A program made the translations under genes and the position numbers. This document shows, piece after piece, positions 45,754 to 54,672 of a stretch of 54,725 nucleotides of DNA. Within the stretch, counting starts at the first letter, position 1, and each line of letters begins with the position of its first letter. A model generated the notes under the pieces. The model saw only the letters and a program-made list of their open reading frames with translations. It was not told the DNA's origin and searched no databases. This DNA is from Polyangiales bacterium (GTDB lineage Bacteria > Myxococcota_A > Polyangia > Polyangiales > Polyangiaceae): contig JBBRNJ010000062.1 of the NCBI GenBank assembly GCA_038230375.1, positions 1-54,725 of the forward strand. The letters run 5' to 3'.

Positions 45754-45969
45754 ATGGCCACCAATGTCCCCGCGCACATCACCGGTACCATCTGGAAGAT
45801 CGAAGTGAAGGAGGGCGACTCCGTCACGGAGGGCCAGGTCCTGGTCATCCTCGAGTCCATGAAGATGGAGATGCCAGTCGAGGCGCCATGCGCCGGCAAG
45901 GTCGAGAAAATTGCCTGCGCCGAGGCCCAGGCGGTGAACGAAGGCGACGTGCTGGTCGTGCTTGCCTGA
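45754..45969 (+). CDS. standalone biotin carboxyl carrier domain
   Basis: 71 aa; GTIWKI...LESMKMEMPV biotinylation motif. Confidence 0.9.
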   Translation: MATNVPAHITGTIWKIEVKEGDSVTEGQVLVILESMKMEMPVEAPCAGKVEKIACAEAQAVNEGDVLVVLA

Positions 45970-46013
45970 GGGCACGCTTTATCAGACACGCCCACATGGG
46001 CTAGTCTTGGGCG

Positions 46014-46346
46014 GTGACGAACGCTCGCGTTGTTGCTTTCGCCTTGGCGGTCGGCGTGCTGGCGGCCCTCCCAGCAGCGTGCTCGTCCAGCCAGTCCCTG
46101 GCGGCGGCCGGTCAGGCGTGCCTCAACGCGACGGACTGCCAGCCTGGCCTGGTCTGCGTCCCTGACGGGACCGGCACGGAGCGCGCGTGCTCGGACGATC
46201 TCTCCGGCATCCAGAAGACCGAGAGCACCGACTCCGGCGCTGCCATGGCCGCGGAGGGCGGCAAGAAGGAGGGCGGCTCCACCGACGCCGGCGGCATGAC
46301 GCAGGACACGTTCCAGCCACCGGTCGACTCCGGAGCGGGCGGCTAG
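46014..46346 (+). CDS. small Cys-rich lipoprotein
   Basis: Lipobox PAA-C; C..ATDCQPGLVC..C module; D/A/G tail. Confidence 0.75.
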   Translation: MTNARVVAFALAVGVLAALPAACSSSQSLAAAGQACLNATDCQPGLVCVPDGTGTERACSDDLSGIQKTESTDSGAAMAAEGGKKEGGSTDAGGMTQDTFQPPVDSGAGG

Positions 46347-46353
46347 CCGCGCC

Positions 46354-48186
46354 ATGAGCGCTCCGATCGTAGCCGAACCCGCGCGGGTCGCACGTGACGT
46401 CGCCCCCATCACCCACCCCGCCGCCAGGCGAACGACCGTGGTCCTGCTTGGCGTTGGCGCGCTCGCCGCGTTGGAGGCAGGAGCCATCGCCCTTGCGTCA
46501 GGCCCGATCTATGCGGTGCCGCTGGGGCTCATTTCTTTTGGCGCCTTCGCCCTCACCGCCCGTCTGCGCACCACATTCAAGGCAACGGCGGTTCACAACC
46601 GCGCAACGGACCTGATCCTCCGCGGCGATCTGGATGGTGCGGAGCCGATGCTTCAGACGTTCATCGGCCTGGGTGGAGCGGTGGGCCAGTCCATCGCGCT
46701 GCAGCTCTCGACGATCGCACTCCTGCGCGGTGACATGGCGACGGCCGAGAAGCGCGCCACAGCGAGCATGGAGCACAGGCCGCGCGTCGACTTCGCGATG
46801 ACGGGACGCGCGCTCACGGACCTCGCGCGTAGCGTGCGGGCCTTCGCGCGGGCCGCGCAGGGAAATGCCGCAGGCGCCCAGGACGACATCCGTCAAGTGC
46901 GTGCAGACTGCAAGCAAGTGGCGCCGCTCGCGCGTGTGGCCGTCGCCGAGCTGCTGCTCCTCTCGCGCGAGAACAAGCTCGAAGAGCTCTCGGCTGCGCT
47001 GGTCCGGAACGAACGCGTTCTCGAGCACGCGGCGCCGCGTGAGCGCGCGCTCGTCCGTGGCTTCGAGCGGATGGTGGCGGCGGGCGGCGGTGCGATCTAT
47101 CGAAAGCCGCAGTCGCGCGTGTCCGAAGAGGGGGAGGCCGCGGCGTGGCTGTCCTCCGTCGCGCCGGCGATCCGCGGGTTTCTGGCAGCCGACGCGAGCA
47201 GCGCCAGCAAGGCCGAGACGCAAGCGCCGCTGGCCGCAGCGACGAACGGACGCGCACCAGAGCTCCGTCCGAACGCTGCGAAGCGACGCCGCTGGAAGGT
47301 GCTCGCGCTGTGGGTGGTGCTCGTTCTGATGTTCGTCTGCGTCTGGCAGCTGCTCACGCCAACGCCGCTTTCGCACGCCGCGCCGGAGCCGGCCATCGAC
47401 CTCGGCTTCACGTACGCCGCGGTGTCGGTCGTGATTCTCTTCCTGGTCGGGGTCCTCACGGTTCGGATCCGGGGGCTGCGCGCGAAGACGCGGCGCTCGC
47501 TCGACCTCGAGTCGCAGGCGCTCCTTGGCGACGCCGATGCGGTGCACCAGCTGGAGCTCGTGACGCGTGGTCGCTTGCCCGCGCTTGGAGCAGCCGCATT
47601 CCTCTCGCTCTCGCGCGTGAAGCTTCTCCGTGGCGCGTTCCGCGAGGTGCTGACCGATGCCGAGGCGGGGCTCAACCTGGTGGACACGTCGGCGGCGCTG
47701 CGCAACGCGTACTCGGACATCCTCGTCCCGGGCCTTCACGTGCAACGCGGGCTCGCGCTCGCAGGCATGGGGCGCGCGGACGAGGCAGAGGCAGAGTGCG
47801 GGGCGCTCTTGACCGGCTTCCCAGGCTACGCGTTCCTGAGCGCCGGCGTCCTGCGCATCCGCCTGCTCGCGGCGGCGCGCCAGGGCCACTTCGACAAGGC
47901 GAATGCGATCGCGAAGACACGCAGCGCGGATCTTCCGATCACGGCGAAGGAGGAGATCCTCTGCGCCATGCTCTCACTCGCCCACGACCCCGAGAAGGAC
48001 GAAGACGAGGCACGCCGCGTGCTCGCGGTCCTGAAGCGCAGCGAGGACACCCGCAACTTCGTGAAGCAAGCCGCCCCCGGCCTGGCCGAAGCAGTGGGCC
48101 ACCTGCCGTCGGACCACAAGCGAGCGGATGAAGTGGAAGAGGAACCCGAGTCGAGTGAAGCGGCGCCAGACCTGCGCACGGTCTAG
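46354..48186 (+). CDS. membrane protein with two TM-hairpin plus helical (TPR-like) modules
   Basis: TM pair, Ala/Leu helical region, second TM pair, second helical region. Confidence 0.6.
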   Translation: MSAPIVAEPARVARDVAPITHPAARRTTVVLLGVGALAALEAGAIALASGPIYAVPLGLISFGAFALTARLRTTFKATAVHNRATDLILRGDLDGAEPMLQTFIGLGGAVGQSIALQLSTIALLRGDMATAEKRATASMEHRPRVDFAMTGRALTDLARSVRAFARAAQGNAAGAQDDIRQVRADCKQVAPLARVAVAELLLLSRENKLEELSAALVRNERVLEHAAPRERALVRGFERMVAAGGGAIYRKPQSRVSEEGEAAAWLSSVAPAIRGFLAADASSASKAETQAPLAAATNGRAPELRPNAAKRRRWKVLALWVVLVLMFVCVWQLLTPTPLSHAAPEPAIDLGFTYAAVSVVILFLVGVLTVRIRGLRAKTRRSLDLESQALLGDADAVHQLELVTRGRLPALGAAAFLSLSRVKLLRGAFREVLTDAEAGLNLVDTSAALRNAYSDILVPGLHVQRGLALAGMGRADEAEAECGALLTGFPGYAFLSAGVLRIRLLAAARQGHFDKANAIAKTRSADLPITAKEEILCAMLSLAHDPEKDEDEARRVLAVLKRSEDTRNFVKQAAPGLAEAVGHLPSDHKRADEVEEEPESSEAAPDLRTV

Positions 48187-48203
48187 GCCGGTCCAGGCCG
48201 ACG

Positions 48204-49226
48204 TCACTCCTTCCAGAAGAACTTCCACGGATTGTGCTTCAGGTCTCGCACGAGCTCCTGCAGATCGTCGTACATCGCCTCGTCCATCACGAGTGAGCCC
48301 ACGGAGCCGTCGCCCTTCTTGATGTGAGCGACAATGGCCTGCGCGTCCGCCGCGGTGGCGTTCGCGTGGGCGGCGACCTGGGCGATGTCGTCCAGGGCCT
48401 TCTTGATCTTCTGCTCTTGCTCGGGGCTTCCGGCAAGGGCGCTTGCGCGGTTCACGTTGGCCATGGCCTCGCGCGCGTCCTTCAGCATGGGTCCGGAGTC
48501 CTGCTGGACCGCGGCCGCGAGCTTGTCGACGTTGTCGATGGTGCGCATGATCTTCGGGTTGTCCACGTAACGGACGCGCACGTCCTTGGTGAGCGAGTTC
48601 GCCTCTCGCGTGAGCTCCTCCACGTTCACCATGGTGCGGCCGATGCGGTCCTTGTTGTCCGTCAAAACTCCATTCAGGTTCTTGAGGAGCGCCGCGGTGT
48701 TCACGGCGATGTCGCCGATCAGCTCGCGGTTGTTCCGCAGGCCGGTGACGGTGTCATCCAGGAGCTCGAATGCCTTCGCCAGGAAGAGGTCCAGGCGCGG
48801 CGGGTCGATGCCCTTCACGATGGAGCCTTCCTCGAGCATCGGCTTGCCGGGATTGCCCGGATCGATCTGGAGGAACTGCTCGCCGAGCACGCCCTGCGTG
48901 GTCACGTAGAAATCAGCGTCCGTGCGGATGCTGTCCCTGACGCGCGCCTCGACGGCGATCTTCGCGCGCACGATGGTGCGGCGGCCGGTCTTCGGATCGA
49001 TCTTGCCGCCCATGAACATGAGCTCGTCGACCTTGCCGACCTTCACGCCGGCGATCTTCACCGGCGCGCCCGACGCGAGGCCGCCCGGATTGTCGAAGTC
49101 CACGTAGAGCGGGTACGTCTTCTGGAACGAGAGGCCGCCCATCACGAGGATGAACCCAACCAGGATGCCGAGTGACACCAGGATGAGCACCCCGACCTTG
49201 ACCTCGATCGACTTCTCTTTCGCCAT
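48204..49226 (-). CDS. mlaD: MCE/MlaD family protein
   Basis: EVKVG TM, GLASGAPVKIAGVKVGKV and GVLGEQFL motifs; helical tail. Confidence 0.9.
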   Translation of the reverse strand: MAKEKSIEVKVGVLILVSLGILVGFILVMGGLSFQKTYPLYVDFDNPGGLASGAPVKIAGVKVGKVDELMFMGGKIDPKTGRRTIVRAKIAVEARVRDSIRTDADFYVTTQGVLGEQFLQIDPGNPGKPMLEEGSIVKGIDPPRLDLFLAKAFELLDDTVTGLRNNRELIGDIAVNTAALLKNLNGVLTDNKDRIGRTMVNVEELTREANSLTKDVRVRYVDNPKIMRTIDNVDKLAAAVQQDSGPMLKDAREAMANVNRASALAGSPEQEQKIKKALDDIAQVAAHANATAADAQAIVAHIKKGDGSVGSLVMDEAMYDDLQELVRDLKHNPWKFFWKE

Positions 49227-49229
49227 GGC

Positions 49230-49988
49230 TCAAAGATCCATCGGGCCGGTCGCGCGCCCGTTGATGAACTGCTGGATGATCCCGTCTTCCGTATTCTTGA
49301 ACTCGGCGCGCGTTCCCACGAGCCGAACGTGTCCCTTATAGAGCATCACGATACGGTCGGCGATCGTGAAGATGGACGGCAGGTCGTGGGAGACCACGAT
49401 GCTGGTGACGCCGAGCTTGTCCGACAGCTCGCGAATCAGCTTGTCCACCCGCCGCGCGCTCACCGGGTCGAGCGACGTCGTGGGCTCGTCGAAGAGCACG
49501 TATTTGGGGTCGAGCGTGAGGGCGCGCGCGATGGCGACGCGCTTGCGCATGCCGTCGCCGAGCTCGGGCGGATACCGGTCCCCGAACTCCTGCATGTGCA
49601 CGACAGCGAGCCGGTTCTTCGCCTCGGCGAGCGACTCCTTGTGACTGAGGTTCTTGTGCTTGCGGAGCGGGAGCGCCACGTTCTCGGCGCAGGTCATCGA
49701 GTCGAAGAGCGTGGAGTGCTGGAACACCATCGCGCAGGTCTTGCGGACCGGGCCCATGCCAGCCTCGTCCAGCTTCGTGAGGTCCTGCCGGTGTCCGCCG
49801 TGGTCGAGCCAGATCTCGCCCGAGTCTGGATAGAGCAGGCCGACGAGGTGCTTGATGAGCACGCTCTTGCCAACGCCCGACGCGCCGATGATGAAGAACA
49901 CCTCGCCGTCTTGCACGTCGAAGGAGACTCCGTTCAGCACGGCCTTGGAACCGAAGGCCTTCTTGATGTTGACGAACGAGATGCTCAT
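49230..49988 (-). CDS. mlaF: Mla/MCE ABC transporter ATPase
   Basis: GASGVGKS, VFQ, GMRKRVAIARAL, FDEPT and VSHD motifs. Confidence 0.9.
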   Translation of the reverse strand: MSISFVNIKKAFGSKAVLNGVSFDVQDGEVFFIIGASGVGKSVLIKHLVGLLYPDSGEIWLDHGGHRQDLTKLDEAGMGPVRKTCAMVFQHSTLFDSMTCAENVALPLRKHKNLSHKESLAEAKNRLAVVHMQEFGDRYPPELGDGMRKRVAIARALTLDPKYVLFDEPTTSLDPVSARRVDKLIRELSDKLGVTSIVVSHDLPSIFTIADRIVMLYKGHVRLVGTRAEFKNTEDGIIQQFINGRATGPMDL

Positions 49989-50108
49989 CGCGAAACGCGG
50001 GCCCAAGCTATTCGATTTCGCGGCGGTGTGACACCGAATCCAGCGGGATTTCCTGGGTGCGGCCATTCACCGTATCGCTCCGCGGCGAGTTGGGCTCAAA
50101 GACTCCAC

Positions 50109-50447
50109 ATGGGAAAGATCGACGACATGCGCCGCCTGCGCGAAGAGCAGCACGAGGCCAAGCAGAAGGCCGCGGACAAGAAGGCCTCCGCTTCGAAGGC
50201 GGCTGTTGGAGCGACCAACGAGGCCGCGGCGAAACCGAAGAAGGAAGAACCCGCTTCCCCCGTCCCCGCGCCCGCGAAGTCAGCCCCCGCCGCGAAGAAG
50301 GGCAGCTTTGCAAAGCCCACCGCTGGATCCGACAAGGGCGAGTGCAGCAGCTGCGGCAAGCAGAAGGCGCTGCAGAACGGCGTGATCGCGAACCACCAGA
50401 AGGGCTTCGGCAAGATGTGCCCGGGCTCACGAAAAGCCCCGGCCTGA
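50109..50447 (+). CDS. small basic protein with a C-terminal CxxC...H...C Zn ribbon
   Basis: MGKIDDMRRLREEQ, K/A/P linker, CSSC-x13-H-x7-CPGS; strong GC3 bias. Confidence 0.7.
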   Translation: MGKIDDMRRLREEQHEAKQKAADKKASASKAAVGATNEAAAKPKKEEPASPVPAPAKSAPAAKKGSFAKPTAGSDKGECSSCGKQKALQNGVIANHQKGFGKMCPGSRKAPA

Positions 50448-50448
50448 T

Positions 50449-51303
50449 TCAGCCCGGGAAGATCAGGAATCCCGCTCCCGAGATGAAGAAGTTCAGGATG
50501 ATGATCGTGAGCGACGTGTTCACCACCGCTCGCGTGGTTGCCCAGCCCACGCCCTCGGAGCCGCCGAAGGTCGAGAGACCGCAGTAGCTCGAGACCACCG
50601 GGATGGCCGCGCCGTATGCGACGCATTTGGTGAGGCCGATGATGATGTCGCCTGCATCCACGAGCTCGGCGTTCATGAAGGTGGAGTACTTCACGTCGAA
50701 CGCGTAGTGCGCGGTGACCGCGCCCGCGAAGAACGCCACGGTGCAGCCCCAGACGATCAGCACGGTGGTCATGATGAGGCTGGCCTTGAAGCGCGGCACC
50801 ACCAGAAAATCGATCGGGTCGGCGGCGCTCATGCGTAGCGCGTCCACCTGCTCGGTCACGACCATCGAGCCGATCTCGGCGGCGATTCCGGCGCCGACGC
50901 GCGTCGCGAGCATCAGCGCGCCGATCGACGCGGCAAAATCGCGCACGAGGAGCTCGAGGTAGGTCGCCCCGAGCAACGTGTAGTCCGGGACCACGCGCTG
51001 GAGCTGCAGGCCCGACTGGTAGACCAGGATCATCCCGATGAAGCCCATCGTGATGCTGATGAACACGACCGACTTGTTGCCGATCTCGTAGAGCTGCGCC
51101 ATGAGCGCGCCCTTCTCCTTCTTGCCGCGGAACGAGTAGTAGAGCGTGCGGACGAACACCGAGTACATCTCGCGGCCGCCGTAGAAGAGGTCGAGCGCCA
51201 CCGCGCCGATGCCGCCGACGATGCCGAACTCGGGGGGCTTCTCCTCGAGATGGCCGACCTCTGATCCGGGGCCGCTGGCGTTCTGGTCGGTGCTCGCGCT
51301 CAT
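50449..51303 (-). CDS. mlaE: MlaE family permease
   Basis: RVGAGIAAEIGSMVVTEQVDAL, PRF and GVGWATT motifs. Confidence 0.9.
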   Translation of the reverse strand: MSASTDQNASGPGSEVGHLEEKPPEFGIVGGIGAVALDLFYGGREMYSVFVRTLYYSFRGKKEKGALMAQLYEIGNKSVVFISITMGFIGMILVYQSGLQLQRVVPDYTLLGATYLELLVRDFAASIGALMLATRVGAGIAAEIGSMVVTEQVDALRMSAADPIDFLVVPRFKASLIMTTVLIVWGCTVAFFAGAVTAHYAFDVKYSTFMNAELVDAGDIIIGLTKCVAYGAAIPVVSSYCGLSTFGGSEGVGWATTRAVVNTSLTIIILNFFISGAGFLIFPG

Positions 51304-51348
51304 GGTTCTTCGTTCGCTCGCGCTTCTGGTTCTTGGTTCGCTCGCGCT
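51303..51348. repeat. 22-bp direct repeat (24-bp period) spanning the mlaE-mlaE spacer
   Basis: tggttcttcgttcgctcgcgct (51303-51324) and tggttcttggttcgctcgcgct (51327-51348). Confidence 0.85.
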
Positions 51349-52145
51349 CAGCCCAGGATGAAGCTGGTGAGGTAGTCCAGGACGAAGACGCCCGCGGCGC
51401 TGGCCACGACCGTCGCGTTGACGCTGCGCCCCACGCCCGGCGCGCCGCCGGTGGTCGACAGGCCGAAGTAGCAAGACGAGAGGGCGATGACGATGCCGAA
51501 CACCACGCTCTTGATGAGGCCGTTCGCGACGTCTCCGAAGTGGAGAAGCCCGGCGGTGAGCCCGTTGTAGAAGGTCTGTGGATCCACGCCGAGCAGTCCC
51601 TGACCTGTGTACGCCGCGCCGAAGAGCGCGAGGCCGTCCGCGAAGAGCGTGAGCAGGAAGAGCGTGATGACGATGCTGAAGAAGCGCGGTGCGATCAGGA
51701 AGCCGATGGGATCGATCGCGAGGACGCGCATGGCGTCGAGCTGCTCGGTCACGACCATGGTGCCGAGCTCCGCGGTGTTGTTCGCGCCGATGCGACCGGA
51801 GAGCATGAGTGCGGTGAGGAGCGGCGCGATCTCGCGAAGGGTGCCGAAGCCCGCGCCCCAGCCGAGCAGCGCCTCTGCGCCGTAGCGCTTCACGATGGTC
51901 GCGGCCTGGATGACCATGATCGCGCCCGTGAAGAGCGCGGTCACCACGACGATGGGCAGCGACTTGACTGCCATCTTGTAGAGGTTCTTCCAGGTTTCCT
52001 GGATGTCGATGCGCGGCGGGAAGAGGCGCGACAGGATACGCACGAGGAGGATCGTCATGCCGCCCGCGGTGGCCGCGGCGCCGAGGAATCCGGCCCCGAT
52101 CGACGCCACGAATGACGTGCTCTCTTCTGCTTCTGCGCTCGCCAT
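51348..52145 (-). CDS. mlaE: MlaE family permease (second copy)
   Basis: REIAPLL, GRIGA..TAELGTMVVTEQLDAM and GVGRSV motifs. Confidence 0.9.
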   Translation of the reverse strand: MASAEAEESTSFVASIGAGFLGAAATAGGMTILLVRILSRLFPPRIDIQETWKNLYKMAVKSLPIVVVTALFTGAIMVIQAATIVKRYGAEALLGWGAGFGTLREIAPLLTALMLSGRIGANNTAELGTMVVTEQLDAMRVLAIDPIGFLIAPRFFSIVITLFLLTLFADGLALFGAAYTGQGLLGVDPQTFYNGLTAGLLHFGDVANGLIKSVVFGIVIALSSCYFGLSTTGGAPGVGRSVNATVVASAAGVFVLDYLTSFILG

Positions 52146-52219
52146 GAAACGCGCAGACGCTATCACGGCCGCCACTTTACTTCGGCTGGAAAAACGCTGA
52201 TTCTCCTCCTCCGTCGCCC

Positions 52220-52516
52220 ATGATGGACGTGCTGGAAATCCTCGTGAGCTGGGCGGTCACCACCGCGTTCATGTTCGCCGTCGTGATCCTCGACGAGCGG
52301 CGCATGGATCAGCGCGACGACCCACGGCTCGAGCGCGCGTGGCCACCGTCCAGCCGTGCGTCGGCGATCGTGGGCTTCGGGGTACTCGCGCTGCCACTTC
52401 ATTTTCTGCGCACGCGGCGGAGCCTCGTGGGGCTGCTGCTCGCGATAGGCTTCACGGCGCTCGCGCTTGCAGTGGAAGCGATAGCGCTCGCCGCGCTCGA
52501 CGTTGCCGTGTCATGA
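52220..52516 (+). CDS. small three-TM membrane protein
   Basis: Hydrophobic segments; DERR...RAWP motif. Confidence 0.6.
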   Translation: MMDVLEILVSWAVTTAFMFAVVILDERRMDQRDDPRLERAWPPSSRASAIVGFGVLALPLHFLRTRRSLVGLLLAIGFTALALAVEAIALAALDVAVS

Positions 52517-52526
52517 TCCCCCGACG

Positions 52527-53057
52527 ATGAACTCGCCGAACCCGAACGCGCCCCCCCGGAAGAAGAAGGGCAACGGCTGCGCGATCGCGCTGATGGTGAT
52601 GGTGGGGCTCGTTTTCCTGGGGGCGATTGGCTTCGGCATCGCGATGTGGCGCGTCATGAGCACGCCCGAGGGACAGCAGGTCTGGAAGGCCGCCTCCGGC
52701 ACCATGAAGCTGATGCAAGAGGCGCAGAACGCGCCAGGCGCAAAGGAGGTCGCGAAGCAGGGCGGCTGTCAGCAGGCGCTCGTCATCGACACGGAGCAGA
52801 TGGCGGAGCTCGTGGAGTCGTTCACGCCGGACGCGGGCGCGCGGAAGGGGCTTCGCGGGCTGCAGGAGAAGACGATGATCACCTGCCAGGTCGGCTTTGC
52901 CAGGACGCCGCCGACATGCGAGCAGATCGCGCGCATCTACGTGGATGCGGCTCACCCGAAGGACGCGTTCCGGGTGACCGTGCAGCAGCAGGGCGCAACC
53001 ACGCGGGCGTGCGAGCGGAGCTACACCGAGACGGGCGCGCCGCTGGAAGACGACTGA
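52527..53057 (+). CDS. membrane-anchored protein with a Cys-containing periplasmic domain
   Basis: KKKGNGC plus TM, then a domain with four Cys. Confidence 0.65.
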   Translation: MNSPNPNAPPRKKKGNGCAIALMVMVGLVFLGAIGFGIAMWRVMSTPEGQQVWKAASGTMKLMQEAQNAPGAKEVAKQGGCQQALVIDTEQMAELVESFTPDAGARKGLRGLQEKTMITCQVGFARTPPTCEQIARIYVDAAHPKDAFRVTVQQQGATTRACERSYTETGAPLEDD

Positions 53058-53714
53058 GTGCTCCTCGCGCTCCTCGCGCTCCTCGCGCTCCTCCGGCGCA
53101 CGGCGCGAGCGCTGGTCAGAGCGCCGCGCGAGCTTGGTGCGCGCGGGTGGCTCTTCGTTGTGATCTGGTCCGCTGCAGTTGCCGGTGCGTACGTGGAGAA
53201 GCGCCCGATCGAGGCGCTCACCGGCATCCACGAGCCCAGCCTCGCGACGTCCATCATCACGGCGCTCGGCGGAGGCGCGGCGACGGCGATCTACGTGCTC
53301 GCGCTTCTCGCGACAGGACACCTGTGCAGGAGCGAGAGGCTCACGCGCGCGGGCAGCGTCCTTGGCGCCGCTGGAGCCTGCGGGTACCTCCTCGCCTTGA
53401 CGGGGCAGTTCGTCCTCGCGGAGGCGCGCCCGATCAACGGCGGTGCGCTTCACTTTTTCGCGCTCGACGGCCACGGCGTGTCGGGGCACGCGGCCGCCGT
53501 GTCGCTGCTCGCAGTGACGATCTCGAGCATGCTCGGACGCGATCTAGGGAAAGGGAAGAGACGCATGCTGACTGTCGGCGCGTTCGCGTGGGCGGCTGTC
53601 GTGGCGGGCTCGCGCATCTACCTCGGAATGCACTTTGTGTGGAACGTTCTCTTCGGGATCGGGATTGGAGTCGGCGTCGCGGCGGTGGCAGTGAAGGAGG
53701 AGGGGAAGGGGTAG
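53058..53714 (+). CDS. PAP2-family membrane phosphatase
   Basis: EARP, SGHA and SRIYLGMHF motifs. Confidence 0.8.
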   Translation: MLLALLALLALLRRTARALVRAPRELGARGWLFVVIWSAAVAGAYVEKRPIEALTGIHEPSLATSIITALGGGAATAIYVLALLATGHLCRSERLTRAGSVLGAAGACGYLLALTGQFVLAEARPINGGALHFFALDGHGVSGHAAAVSLLAVTISSMLGRDLGKGKRRMLTVGAFAWAAVVAGSRIYLGMHFVWNVLFGIGIGVGVAAVAVKEEGKG

Positions 53715-53720
53715 AGAAAG

Positions 53721-53750
53721 GTCCAGGTCGACGTCGCAGTCGATGTCACA
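53721..53750 (+). repeat. degenerate GTCnnn hexamer array, 5 units
   Basis: gtccag gtcgac gtcgca gtcgat gtcaca just after the PAP2 stop. Confidence 0.55.
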
Positions 53751-53784
53751 TCCAGCCTCCCACGGCTTCGGCTAGACTCCCTTG

Positions 53785-54602
53785 ATGTCCGATGACGACC
53801 TCGATGACGACGAAGCCCCTCCGTCCTCGCGTGACTGGGACGCCGATGCCTATCATCGTCTCTCGCTTCCACAGACCGCGTGGGGCACGCGTGTCCTTGC
53901 CAGTCTCGAGCTCGCCGGCGACGAGACCGTGGTGGATGCTGGCTGCGGCACCGGCAAGCTGACCGCGGCGCTGATGGCGCGTCTGCCGCGCGGCCGCGCG
54001 ATCGCCGTGGACTCGTCAGACGACATGCTGCGGGTCGCGCGCCATAGTCTCGCGTCGTTCGGTGACCGGGTCTCGTTCCTCCACGCGGACATCTCGTCAC
54101 TCACGCTTTCTGCTCCGTGCGACGTCGTGTTCAGCACCGCGACGTTCCACTGGGTGAAGGATCACCCGCGCCTCTTCGCCAATGTCTTCGATCTCCTGAA
54201 GAGCGGAGGTCGGCTCCACGCGCAGTGCGGCGGCGGCGACAACCTGAAGGGCATCCACGAACGCGCCCACACGCTCATGGCCGACCCCCTCTATCGCGCT
54301 ACTTCACGGACTGGGAGGAACCAACATACTTCTCCACCGCAGACGACGCCGCCCGTCGCCTGAAGGCCGCCGGCTTCGTAGACGTCCACGCAGAGCTCGC
54401 GCCTGCCCCGACCGTACTTCCCGATCGCGATGGGTACCGAGGGTTTGTGGACAAGGTGATCCTCACCGCACACCTCGCCCAGCTCCCGGACGAAGCAACG
54501 CGCGGCCGCTTCCTCGACGCGCTGACCGACCAAGCAGAGAAAGACGAGACCCCCTTCCTGCTCCACTACGTCCGCCTGAACCTCCACGCCAAGAAACCCT
54601 AA
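53785..54602 (+). pseudogene. class I SAM methyltransferase (Tam-like) split by a single-base frameshift near 54294
   Basis: First frame has WDADAY, VDAGCGTG and FSTATFHWV; protein-like sequence continues in a second frame (RYFTDWEEP...YVRLNLHAKKP, TAA at 54600-54602). Confidence 0.75.
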
Positions 54603-54672
54603 CAGCATCGCCTGGGGCGAGATCCATCCCGCCAGACGAGACTTCGAGCTACGCGCGGTGCCCACGGTCGTC

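Noticed and set aside
5588..49175. Many long antisense or alternate-frame ORFs (e.g. 5588-7060, 9379-10728, 30782-32407, 33818-35413, 46498-47889)
   Set aside because: Expected stop-codon scarcity opposite GC3-rich genes; they overlap well-supported CDSs.
53055..53060. In-frame TGA-GTG junction as selenocysteine or readthrough fusion
   Set aside because: The two proteins look unrelated and complete; there is no SECIS-like hairpin or redox motif context.
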